In this document: piece after piece, positions 36,604-37,992 of the stretch
Numbering within the stretch: position 1 is the first letter of the stretch
Layout of the letters: each line of letters begins with the position of its first letter
DNA from: a virus
Lineage: Duplodnaviria > Caudoviricetes
Strand: one strand, 5' to 3'
Length of the DNA stretch: 37,992 nt
Virus record (IMG/VR): IMGVR_UViG_3300029268_000052
Span: 1-37,992 of that record
Program-made: the position numbers and the translations under genes
Notes under the pieces: model-generated
Told to the model about the DNA's origin: nothing
Database searches by the model: none
What the model saw: only the letters and a program-made list of their open reading frames with translations

Positions 36604-36737
36604 TGTAGAAGGTGGGAATCGAACCCACATCTCTGGTTTAAGAGACCGAAGTAACTCGTTGTCCCGCTTCATTTCTTTCGAAATGAGAATTTTGATACAA
36701 GTTTAATTTAAGCATTCTGCCGTTGAACTACTTCCAC
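36604..36737 (-). ncRNA. tRNA-framed (permuted) Y-RNA-like RNA with Lys-type loop
   Basis: GTGGAAG/CTTCTAC acceptor, D and T arms; CATTTC-GAAA-GAAATG cap, AGCGG, GTTACTTC, GGT-CTCTTAA-ACC. Confidence 0.72.
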
Positions 36738-36739
36738 AG

Positions 36740-36876
36740 GGTTGATGATCAGAATTGAACTGACATAGTGAATAGAATCATCGTAAGTATGACTACGACC
36801 GGTTTTCATCATTAAGTGGTGTACACTCGGTGTTTTATCCTCTAGGTAGGTTTACTACCTTTAAACTACATCAACC
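36740..36876 (-). ncRNA. tRNA-like RNA with about 85-nt domain in place of the anticodon arm
   Basis: GGTTGATG/CATCAACC, GTTT..AAAC D arm, GTCAG-TTCAATT-CTGAT T arm. Confidence 0.6.
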
Positions 36877-36903
36877 ATTTAAATATTTTATCAAAGAACG
36901 TAT

Positions 36904-36938
36904 AAACAAAAAACCCCAACACTTTCGTATCGGGGTTT
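36904..36938 (-). terminator. attenuator terminator ahead of the tRNA operon
   Basis: AAACCCCGATAC-GAAA-GTGTTGGGGTTT followed by TTTGTTT. Confidence 0.85.
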
Positions 36939-36963
36939 CTTTAGAAATCTTAAATGTCTCACA

Positions 36964-37059
36964 TTACATTCGACATAGCAATTCCATTTCAACCCCGACT
37001 GTGGTAAACCACTTGGATGATGAACTAAAATGTTTACTATGTTTAAATGTCTGTGTCAT
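36964..37059 (-). CDS. leader peptide (31 aa) of the tRNA-operon attenuator
   Basis: MTQTFKHSKHFSSSSKWFTTVGVEMELLCRM*; codons 5-18 are only F/K/H/S/W; contains GTCGGGGTT, complementary to the terminator 5' arm. Confidence 0.8.
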   Translation of the reverse strand: MTQTFKHSKHFSSSSKWFTTVGVEMELLCRM

Positions 37060-37080
37060 TTTAAAATTTGTTTTATATTG

Positions 37081-37090
37081 TTATATATTA
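37081..37090 (-). promoter_or_regulatory. TAATATATAA promoter-like motif upstream of the leader peptide
   Basis: Same motif as before many other genes; about 21 nt upstream of the leader ATG. Confidence 0.55.
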
Positions 37091-37194
37091 TAATTTTTTG
37101 GTCTTGTTTAATTTATTTTATATATTTTTAAAAAATAATGGTTTTTTTCCATTTTTACAAAGGTATGTAAAATATTTGAAATAAAAAAATTCTG

Positions 37195-37404
37195 TTAGTT
37201 TTTATATATTAAATTAGTTTTTGATATTCCTTTATTTCCTTTACCAGTGATGCTTATCATAAATCTACCATCATCGTTTAATTGTGGTTTTCCGTTAACA
37301 AGTTTACACATTTCATATTCTGTATCAGTTTCTTTCACTATTATGTATAAACCGTTATTCCATTGGAAACTTTTCAATTCGAATGCTATGTATATTACTT
37401 CCAT
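37195..37404 (-). CDS. hypothetical protein
   Basis: ORF. Confidence 0.6.
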   Translation of the reverse strand: MEVIYIAFELKSFQWNNGLYIIVKETDTEYEMCKLVNGKPQLNDDGRFMISITGKGNKGISKTNLIYKN

Positions 37405-37419
37405 TGTTTCGAACCCATT

Positions 37420-37659
37420 TTACATTTCAATTTCTTCAATTCTCAATAAGAAAATATCATTTGATATGATAAATTCGAAGTTATAGATATGGTAAATTCC
37501 GTTTAGATGTTTTGAAACATTTTTCAATTCATCAATTGTTGTACCTTTTTCTATTGATATTCCGAATATAGTATATCCATCATCTTCTGTGAATAAATCT
37601 AATAGTTTAATATTAGTATTTATTTCTGAAATATCGTTATTTAATTGTTCTAGTATCAT
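37420..37659 (-). CDS. hypothetical protein
   Basis: Start moved to MILEQ because the longer ORF runs through a tRNA-like gene. Confidence 0.6.
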   Translation of the reverse strand: MILEQLNNDISEINTNIKLLDLFTEDDGYTIFGISIEKGTTIDELKNVSKHLNGIYHIYNFEFIISNDIFLLRIEEIEM

Positions 37660-37674
37660 TGTGTGGCTTTTATG

Positions 37675-37778
37675 TGGGGAAAAAAGGATTTGAACCTCTG
37701 ACCCTTCTGTAAAGGGTGGTAATGATATATTCCCATTACCACCCCGACAAAATGCTCTACCTACTGAGCTATTTCCCC
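37675..37778 (-). ncRNA. tRNA-like RNA with long hairpin in place of the anticodon loop
   Basis: GGGGAAA/TTTCCCC, canonical D arm, T arm; GGGTGGTAATG/CATTACCACCC insert. Confidence 0.65.
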
Positions 37779-37780
37779 AT

Positions 37781-37810
37781 AAAGGTGTCTTACCATTAGA
37801 CGAATCATCC
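37781..37810 (-). pseudogene. orphan tRNA 5' half
   Basis: GGATGAT-TC-GTCT-AATGGTA-AGAC-A-CCTTT with no adjacent 3' half. Confidence 0.5.
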
Positions 37811-37865
37811 AACTCAACCCGTCGGCTGAGAAGCCATCATAAATATTTGCAACTACTTATGAAAG

Positions 37866-37992
37866 ATGAACTACCACTACACTAAAGATGTAGTGGTTTC
37901 TGGGTCTTTTAACCCGTCTTTTTTAACGTTTCACAGACAAGATGCTTCTTAGGTTTCATCGAAATGAAACGGTCGTCCACAGAGCCGGCCTC
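37866..37992 (-). mobile_element. right end of an IS200/IS605-type (tnpB) element, truncated by the window
   Basis: CTGTGGA ... GATGAAAC ... AGAAACCACTACATC-TTTA-GTGTAGTGGT-AGTTCAT terminal hairpin. Confidence 0.6.

Noticed and set aside
36096-36876. Group I intron-containing tRNAs
   Set aside because: The inserts are under 100 nt, with no recognisable group I core.
35782-37093. Track ORFs 35782..36051, 36056..36250, 36509..36706 and 36830..37093
   Set aside because: They overlap tRNA/ncRNA genes or are antisense to the leader peptide; spurious.
32819-37778. Suppressor tRNAs or stop-codon recoding
   Set aside because: No CTA, TTA or TCA anticodon was found, and the genes read intact in the standard code.

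Overview
AT-rich, gene-dense segment of what is most likely a large (jumbo) phage genome. The host is probably Bacteroidota (no Shine-Dalgarno sequences, Bacteroidota-type PcfJ and ECF cassette; inference). Protein genes include six free-standing homing-type endonucleases, two DNA methyltransferases, a PARG-like macro protein, HAD, ASCH, DUF1848, DUF4186, PcfJ, a metallophosphoesterase, a J-domain protein, SprT, SPFH/flotillin, a Ro60/TROVE protein, an HD hydrolase and several ADP-ribosyltransferase-like proteins that share a T4-like capsid-targeting N-terminus. The right end (32.8-37.8 kb, minus strand) is a non-coding RNA operon with 14 assignable tRNAs for only five amino acids (Ser x4, Lys x4, Trp x2, Phe x2, His x2) plus several tRNA-like RNAs. 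Main discovery 1: the operon is headed by an unannotated 31-aa leader peptide containing the run FKHSKHFSSSSKWF (exactly those five amino acids), followed by an antiterminator/terminator pair. This looks like a ribosome-stalling attenuator that switches on replacement tRNAs when the cognate host tRNAs are lost. Main discovery 2: five Y-RNA-like (Ro60-binding type) RNAs share a GTTACTTC motif. Two lie upstream of the Ro60 gene and three lie in the tRNA operon, where two of them are permuted to have free tRNA acceptor ends. All calls were made by eye, with no searches run.
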